Positions 1 through 8,135 of a stretch of 45,588 nt of DNA are shown in pieces. The stretch's first letter is position 1, and every line of letters begins with the position of its first letter. The DNA comes from an uncultured Candidatus Saccharibacteria bacterium (GTDB taxonomy: Bacteria; Patescibacteriota; Minisyncoccia; Phycocordibacterales; CSBR16-193), in NCBI GenBank assembly GCA_964559575.1, contig CAZLGQ010000002.1, positions 1 through 45,588 on the forward strand. Reading direction: 5' to 3'. The position numbers were made by a program, and so were the translations under genes. Below the pieces are notes generated by a model. That model worked only from the letters and a program-made list of their open reading frames with translations. It had not been told where the DNA came from and did no database searches.

Positions 1-8
1 CATCCACT

Positions 9-746
9 ATGATACAAGATATTGCCAGTCTTATTCTTTTAGCGGTCTTTTTGCAGTTCATATCTCCGGACACAGCTGTCTCTTTGCCGATATTAGTAAT
101 AGTAATGTTTATAATTTTCTCTTTGGGAGTTATAGCGAAAAAATATGTTAAGGTTTTTAGGCAGTGGCTAGCAAAGTTACGTAAAAAGAAAGCCGGAACT
201 CATTCTTTGTTTGAGCAAGAGTTAACTTTAGTAGTTGCGATTTTAATAGGAGCAGCAATACTGTTTGAGTTTTTTCAACTTGAAACCATTGTAGGTGCTT
301 TTTTTGCCGGTTTAATATTAGCTGAAATAACCAGAAGTAAAATTTTGGAAAATAAAATACATATTTTAGGTTACGGTGTTTTTATTCCTGTTTTTTTTGT
401 AACTATTGGAGGTTGGACTAATATTGGTCTTTTGGTTGAGGAATCCAGAACAGTTATTCTTTTGGTGTTAGCTATTCTTTTGGGTTCTTCTTTAATGAAG
501 TTCTTTTCCGGTTGGGTTTCAGCTAGGTTGCTTGGTTTTTCAAATTATAAAAGTATTTTAGTGGGAATAACTAGTGTTCCTCAGCTTATAACTACATTAG
601 CGGTTATTTTAGTTGGTCAACGTTTGGAAATCCTACCCTCTGAATTGGTTACTGCAGTTATTGTTTTGAGTATATTTACAACTTTAATAGGTCCTCTCGT
701 TACTACTCATCTTTTAAGGAGTAAACCGGACAGTGCTTTAAGATAG
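9..746 (+). CDS. Cation:proton antiporter (Na+/H+ exchanger / CPA-type), C-terminal part; probably truncated at its 5' end by the window edge
   Basis: Polytopic hydrophobic protein with antiporter-like segments (GAFFAGLILAE, GYGVFIPVFFVTIGG). The frame is open from base 3 to the ATG at 9, so the gene likely continues upstream. Confidence 0.55.
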   Translation: MIQDIASLILLAVFLQFISPDTAVSLPILVIVMFIIFSLGVIAKKYVKVFRQWLAKLRKKKAGTHSLFEQELTLVVAILIGAAILFEFFQLETIVGAFFAGLILAEITRSKILENKIHILGYGVFIPVFFVTIGGWTNIGLLVEESRTVILLVLAILLGSSLMKFFSGWVSARLLGFSNYKSILVGITSVPQLITTLAVILVGQRLEILPSELVTAVIVLSIFTTLIGPLVTTHLLRSKPDSALR

Positions 747-856
747 TGTTTATTTGTTATTTTTATGATCTATTAAAATTTAATAAGCTTTTTTAAAGCT
801 GTAGTTAGTTTGTTGACGTAGAATATTAACTTTCTTATTATTAATCAGTAATTATT

Positions 857-1630
857 ATGTTAAAGATAGAAGACCTTCATGTTAAAGCCGAAAGCACGAA
901 AATATTAAAAGGTTTTAATATAAAAATTAAACCCGGAGAGATCCATGTTCTTTTTGGACCCAATGGTTCCGGAAAAAGTTCTCTTTGTAATGTTCTTATG
1001 GGACACCCTGACTATTCTGTAGAAAAAGGTAAAATGGAATTTAATAATAAGGACCTTATGAAATTATCTACAGAAGAGAGATCTCAAGAAGGTCTGTTTT
1101 TAGGATCTCAACAACCACGTGAAATACCGGGAGTTAGCTTGGCTCAAGTAATGAAAGCTGCAATAAAATCTCGTAAAAACAAAGAAGGTGATCAGTTAGA
1201 ACTCTTCAATTTAGCCAATGAACTTCGTGACCAGCTGAAAACTTTTGATATGGAAGAGGCTTTTTTAAAGCGATCTTTAAACGAAGGAGCTTCAGGTGGA
1301 GAGAAAAAACGCTTAGAGATGATACAGTTAAGGGTTTTAAAACCTAAATTGGCTATTTTGGATGAAATAGATTCCGGGTTGGATATAGATGCTATTAGGC
1401 AGATAGCTGAAACTATTAAAAAAACAGCCACAGAAGGAACTTCCTTTTTATTGGTTACTCACTATCAACGTCTTTTGCAGTATTTAGAACCTGATAAGGT
1501 ATATATAATGGTAAAAGGTCAGGTGGTAAAATCGGGAGGTTATTCTCTGGTGGAACAGTTGGAAAAGGAAGGTTATAAAAATTTGATCAATGATCTTGAA
1601 GACTTAGAGAAAGTAGATGGATCAAAGTAA
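857..1630 (+). CDS. sufC: Fe-S cluster assembly ATPase SufC
   Basis: Walker A GPNGSGKSS, ABC signature-like GASGGEKKR, Walker B LAILDEIDSGLD, LLVTHY. It is the first gene of a sufCBDSU-type string. Confidence 0.9.
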   Translation: MLKIEDLHVKAESTKILKGFNIKIKPGEIHVLFGPNGSGKSSLCNVLMGHPDYSVEKGKMEFNNKDLMKLSTEERSQEGLFLGSQQPREIPGVSLAQVMKAAIKSRKNKEGDQLELFNLANELRDQLKTFDMEEAFLKRSLNEGASGGEKKRLEMIQLRVLKPKLAILDEIDSGLDIDAIRQIAETIKKTATEGTSFLLVTHYQRLLQYLEPDKVYIMVKGQVVKSGGYSLVEQLEKEGYKNLINDLEDLEKVDGSK

Positions 1631-1668
1631 AGTAAATAGGTTATCTTTTAATAGTTTTAATTTTATTA

Positions 1669-3006
1669 ATGAATAATAATTTAACCATGGGTCCGGATGA
1701 AAAAATGGTAAGAAATATATCTGAGCAAAAAAATGAAGATGAATGGATTTTAAAAAAAAGACTGGAAGGATTACATGTTTTTAAACAGAAATCACTTCCT
1801 AATTGGGGTGCGGATCTAACTGAACTTTATTTAGATGATCTTCTTTATTATCTTAAACCGAGATCTTCTTCTCAGAGGAGTTGGGAGGAGGTACCGGAAG
1901 AAATAAAAGAGACTTTTGATAGGTTGGGTATTCCGGAAGCTGAAAAGAAGTACTTGGCAGGAGTTGGAGCTCAGTATGAGTCGGAGATGGTTTATCAAAG
2001 TACTCAAAAGTATCTTACTGATAAAGGAGTGATATTTACAGATCCGGAAACAGGATTAAAAGAGTATCCGGATATTTTTGCCCCTTATTTCGGTTCAGTA
2101 GTGTCTGTATGGAATAATAAGTTCGTCGCTTTGAATACTGCATTTTTTTCTGGTGGCAGTTTTATTTATATACCTAAAGGAGTAAAAGTTGATCTTCCTT
2201 TACAGACCTACTTTCGGATGAATTCTGAACGTATGGGTCAGTTTGAAAGAACTTTAATTATAGCCGAAGATGAAAGTTTTTTGCATTATGTAGAAGGTTG
2301 TACCGCTCCAACTTATAACACATCTTCTCTACATAGCGGGGTAGTGGAAGTAGTTGTAAAATCGGGAGCGGAAGTTGCTTATACTACTATTCAGAATTGG
2401 TCAAATAATGTTTATAACTTAACCACTAAAAGAGCCGATGTTTTTCAAGAGGGAGTTATGCGTTGGATTGATGGAAATATAGGAAGTCGGGTTACTATGA
2501 AATATCCGGCTATTAATTTACGGGAAAAAGGAGCTACCGGAGAAGTACATTCTTTTACTTCAGCAGGTAAAGGTCAACATCAAGATGTTGGAGGTAAAAT
2601 AATTCATTCAGCACCTCATACAACTTCACGAGTGATCTCTAAGTCAATTTCTCAAAATGGTGGCAGGGCAGGTTACAGAGGTTTTTTGTATATTGCTCCG
2701 GAAGCACATAGTGTTAAATCAAATACTATATGTGATGCATTGCTTTTAGATCAAGAATCAGCTTCTGATACTTATCCCATAATGGATATTAATAACTCTC
2801 AAGTTAAAGTTGAACATGAAGCTTCGGTGAGTCGTATTAATGAAGAGCAGGTTTTTTATTTACAAAGTCGTGGTATTCCCGAAGACGAAGCTCGTGGAAT
2901 GTTGGTTAATGGTTTTTTGGAGCCTATAGTAAAAGAATTACCTATGGAGTATGCTGTTGAGTTAAATCGTTTAATACAGATGGAAATGGAGGGGTCTGTT
3001 GGGTAA
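1669..3006 (+). CDS. sufB: Fe-S cluster assembly scaffold protein SufB
   Basis: 445 aa with typical SufB segments (FERTLIIAEDESFLHYVEGCTAP, ISKSIS..GGRAGYRG, FYLQSRGI). Follows sufC. Confidence 0.9.
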   Translation: MNNNLTMGPDEKMVRNISEQKNEDEWILKKRLEGLHVFKQKSLPNWGADLTELYLDDLLYYLKPRSSSQRSWEEVPEEIKETFDRLGIPEAEKKYLAGVGAQYESEMVYQSTQKYLTDKGVIFTDPETGLKEYPDIFAPYFGSVVSVWNNKFVALNTAFFSGGSFIYIPKGVKVDLPLQTYFRMNSERMGQFERTLIIAEDESFLHYVEGCTAPTYNTSSLHSGVVEVVVKSGAEVAYTTIQNWSNNVYNLTTKRADVFQEGVMRWIDGNIGSRVTMKYPAINLREKGATGEVHSFTSAGKGQHQDVGGKIIHSAPHTTSRVISKSISQNGGRAGYRGFLYIAPEAHSVKSNTICDALLLDQESASDTYPIMDINNSQVKVEHEASVSRINEEQVFYLQSRGIPEDEARGMLVNGFLEPIVKELPMEYAVELNRLIQMEMEGSVG

Positions 3007-3026
3007 TATACATTTTTAATAAGATC

Positions 3027-3653
3027 ATGTCTGAAATTAAAACAATTTTTCGCCAAAAACTTTTAGAGGAAGAGGAAATACATTTAAGTTCCGGAGAAAA
3101 GTTAAATTTTGTGTTTGTGGTTGATCCTGAATCTGATATAAAAAGTCATTTAAAGTTTGTTTTGAAAGAAGATAATTCCGAAGTTACTGTTTTGGGTTTT
3201 AATTTAAGAAACAAAGGAGATGTGAATGTGACAGTTGATGTTGATCATTGCGGACATAACACCAAAGGAAAGGTGGTTATAAAATCGGTTTTAGGAGGCA
3301 GTGCTAGAGCTAAAGTAAATGGTTTAATAAAGACTTATCAAAAAGCTACTTTAACCGACGGTGCTTTTGATCATAAGGTTTTACTTCTTTCCAATAAAGC
3401 AAACGTAAACACTTCTCCTTCTTTGGAGATAGAAGATAATCAAGTACAGGTTTCCCATGGTGCCACTATAAGTAATTTAGAAGAGGAAGATCTTTTTTAT
3501 TTATGTGCTAAAGGGTTAGATAAATCAGAAGCTGAAAATCTTTTGGTTTCCGGATTTATTGTGGATTCTTTAAAATATATGGAAGAAAATGAGAAAAGAT
3601 CAGAAGTAAAAAAAGTTCTTCAGGGTTGTTTAAAAAAATATTATGAAAGATAA
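3027..3653 (+). CDS. sufD: SufD-like Fe-S assembly protein, unusually short (208 aa)
   Basis: C-terminal SufB/SufD-family core (VSHGATISNLEEEDLFYLCAKGLDKSEAENLLVSGFI). Located between sufB and sufS, and its 3' end overlaps sufS by 11 nt. Confidence 0.65.
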   Translation: MSEIKTIFRQKLLEEEEIHLSSGEKLNFVFVVDPESDIKSHLKFVLKEDNSEVTVLGFNLRNKGDVNVTVDVDHCGHNTKGKVVIKSVLGGSARAKVNGLIKTYQKATLTDGAFDHKVLLLSNKANVNTSPSLEIEDNQVQVSHGATISNLEEEDLFYLCAKGLDKSEAENLLVSGFIVDSLKYMEENEKRSEVKKVLQGCLKKYYER

Positions 3654-4887
3654 AGCTAGTTCAGATTTTTTAAAAGAAGAAAATATAAGATCAGAATTTC
3701 CACTGTTAAAAAACAAAGGTGAAGAATTTATATATTTAGATACTGCCGCTACTTCACATAAACCGTATAAGGTTTTAAAGGAGTTGGATAATTTTTATAA
3801 AAACTTAAATAGTAATGTTCATCGTGGCCTTTATTCATTAAGTGAAAAGGCTACGGAAGCCTTTGAGTATTCCAGAAGTAGGGTGGCGAATTTTATTAAT
3901 GCCCGTTATGATCATGAAATTATTTTTACTAAGGGAGCAACTGAAGCAATTAATTTAGTAGCATTATCTTGGGGTGAAGAGAATATTAAAGAAGGTGATG
4001 AGATAGTAATAACTATTTTAGAACACCACTCCAATTTAATTCCTTGGCAACGGTTAGCTTATAAAAAGAATGCAAAATTAAAGATAATATATCCTAATAA
4101 ACAGGGAGTCGTTAATGGTTTTAAATTGAGTTCTCAGATATCGGAAAAAACCAAGTTGGTAGCCTTTACTCATATTTCTAATGTTACCGGAGCTGTTTTA
4201 CCGATTAAAGAATTAACTGAAATAGCTCATAGATCAGGTGCTTATGTTTTAATAGATGCCGCTCAAAGTGTTGGTCATATGCTAATTGATGTTCAAAATA
4301 TAGATTGTGACTGGTTGGTTTTTTCAGGTCATAAGATGTATGGTCCTACCGGAGTAGGTATACTTTATGGTAAGGAAGCTGTACTTAATTCTACTTCTCC
4401 TTGTTTTTTTGGTGGAGGAATGGTAAAAGAAGTTACTTTAAGTAAAAGTGTTTGGGATGATCTACCTTATAAATATGAAGCCGGAACTCCACCTTTAGCT
4501 GAAGCTATAGCTCTAAAGAGCGCAGTGGAGTTTCTGGAAGATCAAGGATTGAATAGTATAAAAGATCGAGAAAAAGATCTAACGATTTATGCCGAAAAAG
4601 AGTTACTATCATTAGGAGTAGAAGTTATAGGGCCACCTGCTGATCTGGATAAAGGGCCGATAATTTCTTTTGTTTTACCGGGAGTTCATGCTCATGATGT
4701 GGTTTATTTAGCAGGTGAAAGAGGGGTCTGTTTGAGAGCCGGTCACCATTGTGCCGAGCCATTACATAGAGAGTTGGGAATAAGTGCCAGCTGTAGAGTT
4801 AGTTTGGGTGTATATAATAGATATTTTGATATTGATCGTTTAGTGGAAGTTTTAAGAGAAGTAAAAAGAACTTTTAAAGTTAAGTAA
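3643..4887 (+). CDS. sufS: Cysteine desulfurase SufS (class V aminotransferase, group II)
   Basis: PLP-lysine motif SGHKMYGPTG and catalytic-cysteine motif RAGHHCAEP. 414 aa, in suf context. Confidence 0.88.
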   Translation: MKDKASSDFLKEENIRSEFPLLKNKGEEFIYLDTAATSHKPYKVLKELDNFYKNLNSNVHRGLYSLSEKATEAFEYSRSRVANFINARYDHEIIFTKGATEAINLVALSWGEENIKEGDEIVITILEHHSNLIPWQRLAYKKNAKLKIIYPNKQGVVNGFKLSSQISEKTKLVAFTHISNVTGAVLPIKELTEIAHRSGAYVLIDAAQSVGHMLIDVQNIDCDWLVFSGHKMYGPTGVGILYGKEAVLNSTSPCFFGGGMVKEVTLSKSVWDDLPYKYEAGTPPLAEAIALKSAVEFLEDQGLNSIKDREKDLTIYAEKELLSLGVEVIGPPADLDKGPIISFVLPGVHAHDVVYLAGERGVCLRAGHHCAEPLHRELGISASCRVSLGVYNRYFDIDRLVEVLREVKRTFKVK

Positions 4888-4893
4888 AATTCT

Positions 4894-5265
4894 ATGGATA
4901 TATATAGAGAAGAAATATTAGATCATTATCATGATCCACAGAACTATCATAGTTTATCTCAAGCTGATCTGGAGGTTGAAATATCTAATCCGATGTGTGG
5001 AGATCGTCAAACTTGGCAATTAAAGTTAGATAAAGATAAAACCATAACTGAAATTGCTTTTACCGGAGAAGGTTGTGCTTTAAGTATTGCTTCTGCTTCT
5101 ATTGTTAGTGAGTATATGAAAGGTAAAAAATTGGATAGCATTAACTCTTTAGATGCTGAACAGATATTTAATTTACTTAAATTTAAAACAGGACCGGCAC
5201 GTGCTAAATGTGTTTTATTACCTTTGGAAGCTTTACGTAAAATAAAAGATAAAGATAATCAATGA
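4894..5265 (+). CDS. sufU: SufU/IscU-like sulfur acceptor / scaffold (NifU N-terminal fold)
   Basis: Three conserved Cys contexts (NPMCGD, GEGCALS, ARAKCVLLP). 123 aa, directly after sufS. Confidence 0.75.
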   Translation: MDIYREEILDHYHDPQNYHSLSQADLEVEISNPMCGDRQTWQLKLDKDKTITEIAFTGEGCALSIASASIVSEYMKGKKLDSINSLDAEQIFNLLKFKTGPARAKCVLLPLEALRKIKDKDNQ

Positions 5266-5570
5266 TGACAGAAGAGCAGATAAAAGAGCAGATAAAAAAA
5301 CAGGTAACAGATCCTGAGATAGGTATAAATGTAGTGGATCTGGGTTTAATATATGATATAAAAATAAAAGAAGATAAGGTTATTATTAAAATGACCTTAA
5401 CTTCACCAGGTTGTCCTTATGGTGAAAAAATTGTTAGAGATGTGAAAAGCTTGGTTGAATCAAGTGTAGATCTTTTGGTAGAAGTTGAACTTGTTTGGGA
5501 CCCACCGTGGTCTAAGGATAAAATGTCACAAGTTGCTCGTGATCATTTGATGTTTTTTGGAACTTCTTAA
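5262..5570 (+). CDS. sufT: DUF59/MIP18-family Fe-S assembly protein (SufT-like)
   Basis: 102 aa with DPEIGINVVDLGLIYD and TSPGCP motifs typical of DUF59. Overlaps sufU by 4 nt (ATGA). Confidence 0.7.
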   Translation: MMTEEQIKEQIKKQVTDPEIGINVVDLGLIYDIKIKEDKVIIKMTLTSPGCPYGEKIVRDVKSLVESSVDLLVEVELVWDPPWSKDKMSQVARDHLMFFGTS

Positions 5571-5602
5571 ATAAAACAGGATCTTTAGCGATTTATATCC
5601 AC

Positions 5603-5656
5603 ATATAACTATATATATTAATTTTGATATATTTGTTTTAATATATATAGTTATAT
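5603..5656. repeat. Perfect 19-bp inverted repeat (atataactatatatattaa / ttaatatatatagttatat) with a 16-nt spacer
   Basis: Arms at 5603-5621 and 5638-5656 are exact reverse complements. Lies between the end of the suf operon and the next gene (ATG at 5672). Confidence 0.8.
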
Positions 5657-5671
5657 ATTAAATAAAGTATT

Positions 5672-6310
5672 ATGATAGATGCACAAAACAAATGGAGTTA
5701 TCATTTATTTATAGCCTTGGTTTCTACTCTGTCGGTTCTGATTCCTGTGTGGTTTTTTGAAGCCAGTCTTAGTAGATTAGCCGGGGGAGTACCTATTGTG
5801 ATCTTGTTTTTGGTAATGATTATAGGTCCTGTAATGAAACTCTATCCTTTTCTTTTTGCTAAATGGGGTGATTTTCCTTGGAATTGGAGAGCGGAGCTAG
5901 GTATTTGGTTTGCTGTATGGGCTGTAATTCATACTTTGGTGGTTTTTGCTGACAGAGGCTGGGATGTTATAGGTTATTTAGTTGGTATTAGTCCTTGGGC
6001 TTTTGGTGCTTTAGTGGCTACGGTTATGGCTGTAATTCTAGCAGCTCTTTCATTTAGAGGGGCTATTAACTTTTTAGGTACTGAAGCTTGGAAATGGTTA
6101 CAGAATTACTTTACCTATGTCATTTGGTGGTTAACAGTGGTTCATATAATTGATAGAGCTTTACTTCGTCCGGGCTTTCCTTCAGAAGATCCTGTGCACT
6201 GGATTTATTTAGCTATGGTTTTAATTGTTCCTATTTTGCAAACGCTTGCTTTCATTAAACATGTTGTAGAGTATAGAGAAGAAGAAGCAAAAGAGGCAAC
6301 AGAAAGTTAA
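5672..6310 (+). CDS. Six-TM membrane protein with a ferric-reductase-like transmembrane (MsrQ/YedZ-like haem b) domain
   Basis: Six hydrophobic helices. R-x-ELG-x9-H in TM3 (RAELGIWFAVWAVIH) and a His in TM5 (WWLTVVHIID) resemble the MsrQ/FRD haem-ligand pattern. Confidence 0.45.
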   Translation: MIDAQNKWSYHLFIALVSTLSVLIPVWFFEASLSRLAGGVPIVILFLVMIIGPVMKLYPFLFAKWGDFPWNWRAELGIWFAVWAVIHTLVVFADRGWDVIGYLVGISPWAFGALVATVMAVILAALSFRGAINFLGTEAWKWLQNYFTYVIWWLTVVHIIDRALLRPGFPSEDPVHWIYLAMVLIVPILQTLAFIKHVVEYREEEAKEATES

Positions 6311-6333
6311 TGTTTAATTTGATCAGATAAAAT

Positions 6334-6365
6334 AAAAACACCCCTTTGTTTTTAGGGGTGTTTTT
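6334..6365. terminator. Bidirectional rho-independent terminator between convergent genes
   Basis: aaaaaCACCCCT / AGGGGTGttttt hairpin (7-bp GC-rich core) flanked by an A-run and a T-run. Sits between the + gene ending at 6310 and aspS (-) ending at 6371. Confidence 0.8.
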
Positions 6366-6370
6366 ATTTT

Positions 6371-7771
6371 TTATTTATTTTTAATTACTTTCAGGCCAAG
6401 TTCTTTCAGTCTTTCTTCGCTGAGCTTAGATGGTGCATTAAGGAGAAGATCTCTTCCTTCACCTGTTTTAGAAAAAGCAATAACTTCTCTGATACTCGGT
6501 TCGTTTTGTAGTATCATCATTATTCTGTCTATACCTGGAGCAAATCCACCATGTGGAGGAGTACCATAACGAAAGGCTTCTAACATATGGCCAAAGCGAA
6601 TTTCTTGTTCTTCCGGACTGATACCTAACAGGTTAAAGACTTGACGTTGTTCGGCTTGATCATGAATTCTGATACTTCCTGAGGATAGTTCGTAGCCGTT
6701 AAGTACAAGATCATAAGAGTTAGCTCTAATGGAAAAAAGGTCTTTTCCTTTCATGAATTTTTCTTTGTCTTCCGGATGAACTGAACAGAAAGGATGGTGA
6801 GCAGCTTCTATTTTACCTTCATCATTTTTTTCAAACATTGGAAAATCTACCACCCAAGCAAAAGCCAATTCATCAGGATTATTTGGGTCTTTTCTAAGAT
6901 CAGGTTTATCACTTTGATATTTATCCATTGCTTCTTTGTAAGTCATTCGGTGAAAAGGCTTGAAAGTTAGTTTTTTATTTGGATAAAGGGTTTTTAGCAT
7001 TTCTAAGAACATTTCTTCTGTTAGTTGTAGAATATCTTCCTGTTCTACAAAAGACATCTCATAATCTAATTGGGTAAATTCCGGTTGACGGTCTCCTCTG
7101 GTATCTTCATCGCGCATACAGCGAGCTATTTGAAAGTATCGTTCAAAACCTGCCGTCATACACAACTGTTTTAACTGTTGCGGGGATTGAGGTAAGGCAT
7201 AAAAGTAACCCGGTTCTTGACGAGAGGGGACGACATATTCACGTGAACCTTCGGGAGTATCTTTGATCATTAGAGGTGTTTCTATTTCCGTGAAATCATG
7301 TCGGTGGAAGTACTCTCTAAAAAAACTAATAACTTTATCTCTCATTTTAATATTTTCGGCCATTCTTTTGGTTCTTAGATCCAGATAACGGTATTTCATT
7401 CTAGTTTCTTCGTTAACCGTACTGCTGTCTTCGGTTATTTCAAATGGAGGAGTATCTGCTTTATTTAAGATCTCAATGTCTTTTATCTCAAGTTCTATGT
7501 CACCATTTTTTGCTTCGGGATTAATGTTCTTTTCGGGTCTTTTGTTTATCTTTCCGGATAATTTAAGTACCCATTCCGGACGTATTTCTTTGGCTTTCTG
7601 AATGGTTTCTTTACTGTTGGGTAGTATTACTCCTTGAATAAAACCGGTAGCATCTCTTATTTCTAAAAAGATCATTTTACCTTGATCTCGGCGAATATGG
7701 ACCCAACCTGCAATGGTTACTTCTTTATCTACATATTCTTTTAAATATTTATTATGTATTCTGTTTAGCAT
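6371..7771 (-). CDS. aspS: Aspartyl-tRNA synthetase, bacterial-type sequence but lacking the GAD insertion domain (466 aa)
   Basis: N-terminal OB fold, class II motif-2 region FQIARCMRDEDTRGDRQPEFTQLD, motif 3 GIDRIMMIL. SDKPDLR runs almost directly into VVDFPMFE. Confidence 0.9.
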   Translation of the reverse strand: MLNRIHNKYLKEYVDKEVTIAGWVHIRRDQGKMIFLEIRDATGFIQGVILPNSKETIQKAKEIRPEWVLKLSGKINKRPEKNINPEAKNGDIELEIKDIEILNKADTPPFEITEDSSTVNEETRMKYRYLDLRTKRMAENIKMRDKVISFFREYFHRHDFTEIETPLMIKDTPEGSREYVVPSRQEPGYFYALPQSPQQLKQLCMTAGFERYFQIARCMRDEDTRGDRQPEFTQLDYEMSFVEQEDILQLTEEMFLEMLKTLYPNKKLTFKPFHRMTYKEAMDKYQSDKPDLRKDPNNPDELAFAWVVDFPMFEKNDEGKIEAAHHPFCSVHPEDKEKFMKGKDLFSIRANSYDLVLNGYELSSGSIRIHDQAEQRQVFNLLGISPEEQEIRFGHMLEAFRYGTPPHGGFAPGIDRIMMILQNEPSIREVIAFSKTGEGRDLLLNAPSKLSEERLKELGLKVIKNK

Positions 7772-7790
7772 AAATAATTAATTAACTAAT

Positions 7791-8020
7791 AAAAAATCGC
7801 CCTGACTCAAGTTTATATTTTTTAATATAAACTTGAGCAAGGGCGATTCAGGTAGTCGCGGTGCCACCTTGCTTTACCGATCTGGTTATTATTATCGGTG
7901 TCTCAACCGCTTAAACGGTTTTAAGCTATAACGGGCTTATCCCGGAGGGATCTACTTTTTGCGATAAGCAAATTTCTGCCCTCGGCTCGGCTGAGTCAGC
8001 AGCGTCTTAGCCTTTAACTT
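7791..8020 (-). promoter_or_regulatory. T-box riboswitch leader of aspS (antiterminator/terminator switch)
   Basis: Minus strand carries the T-box sequence AAGGUGGCACCGCG (7870-7857). The antiterminator folds by hand, and a competing terminator (7848-7797) plus U6 (7796-7791) ends 20 nt before the ATG. The 5' boundary is approximate. Confidence 0.8.
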
Positions 8021-8081
8021 AATTTAGATTAGCAGATCTTTTTAAATTTAGCAATATAAAAAATATTTTTAAAATTAAAAT

Positions 8082-8115
8082 AAAAATCTCCACTTATAAC
8101 AAAGTGGAGATTTTT
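8082..8115. terminator. Rho-independent terminator ending the minus-strand catabolic gene string
   Basis: aaaaaTCTCCAC ... GTGGAGAttttt hairpin 21 nt downstream of the stop of the OFOR beta gene (8136). A/T runs on both sides. Confidence 0.75.
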
Positions 8116-8135
8116 AATTTTTTAAATTATTGATA

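Noticed and set aside
747-856. Fe-S regulator operator upstream of sufC (short agcttt/aaagct inverted repeat near 787-801)
   Set aside because: It is only a 6-bp palindrome in AT-rich DNA, indistinguishable from chance. The TTGACG-N17-TATTAT promoter is the only supportable signal there.
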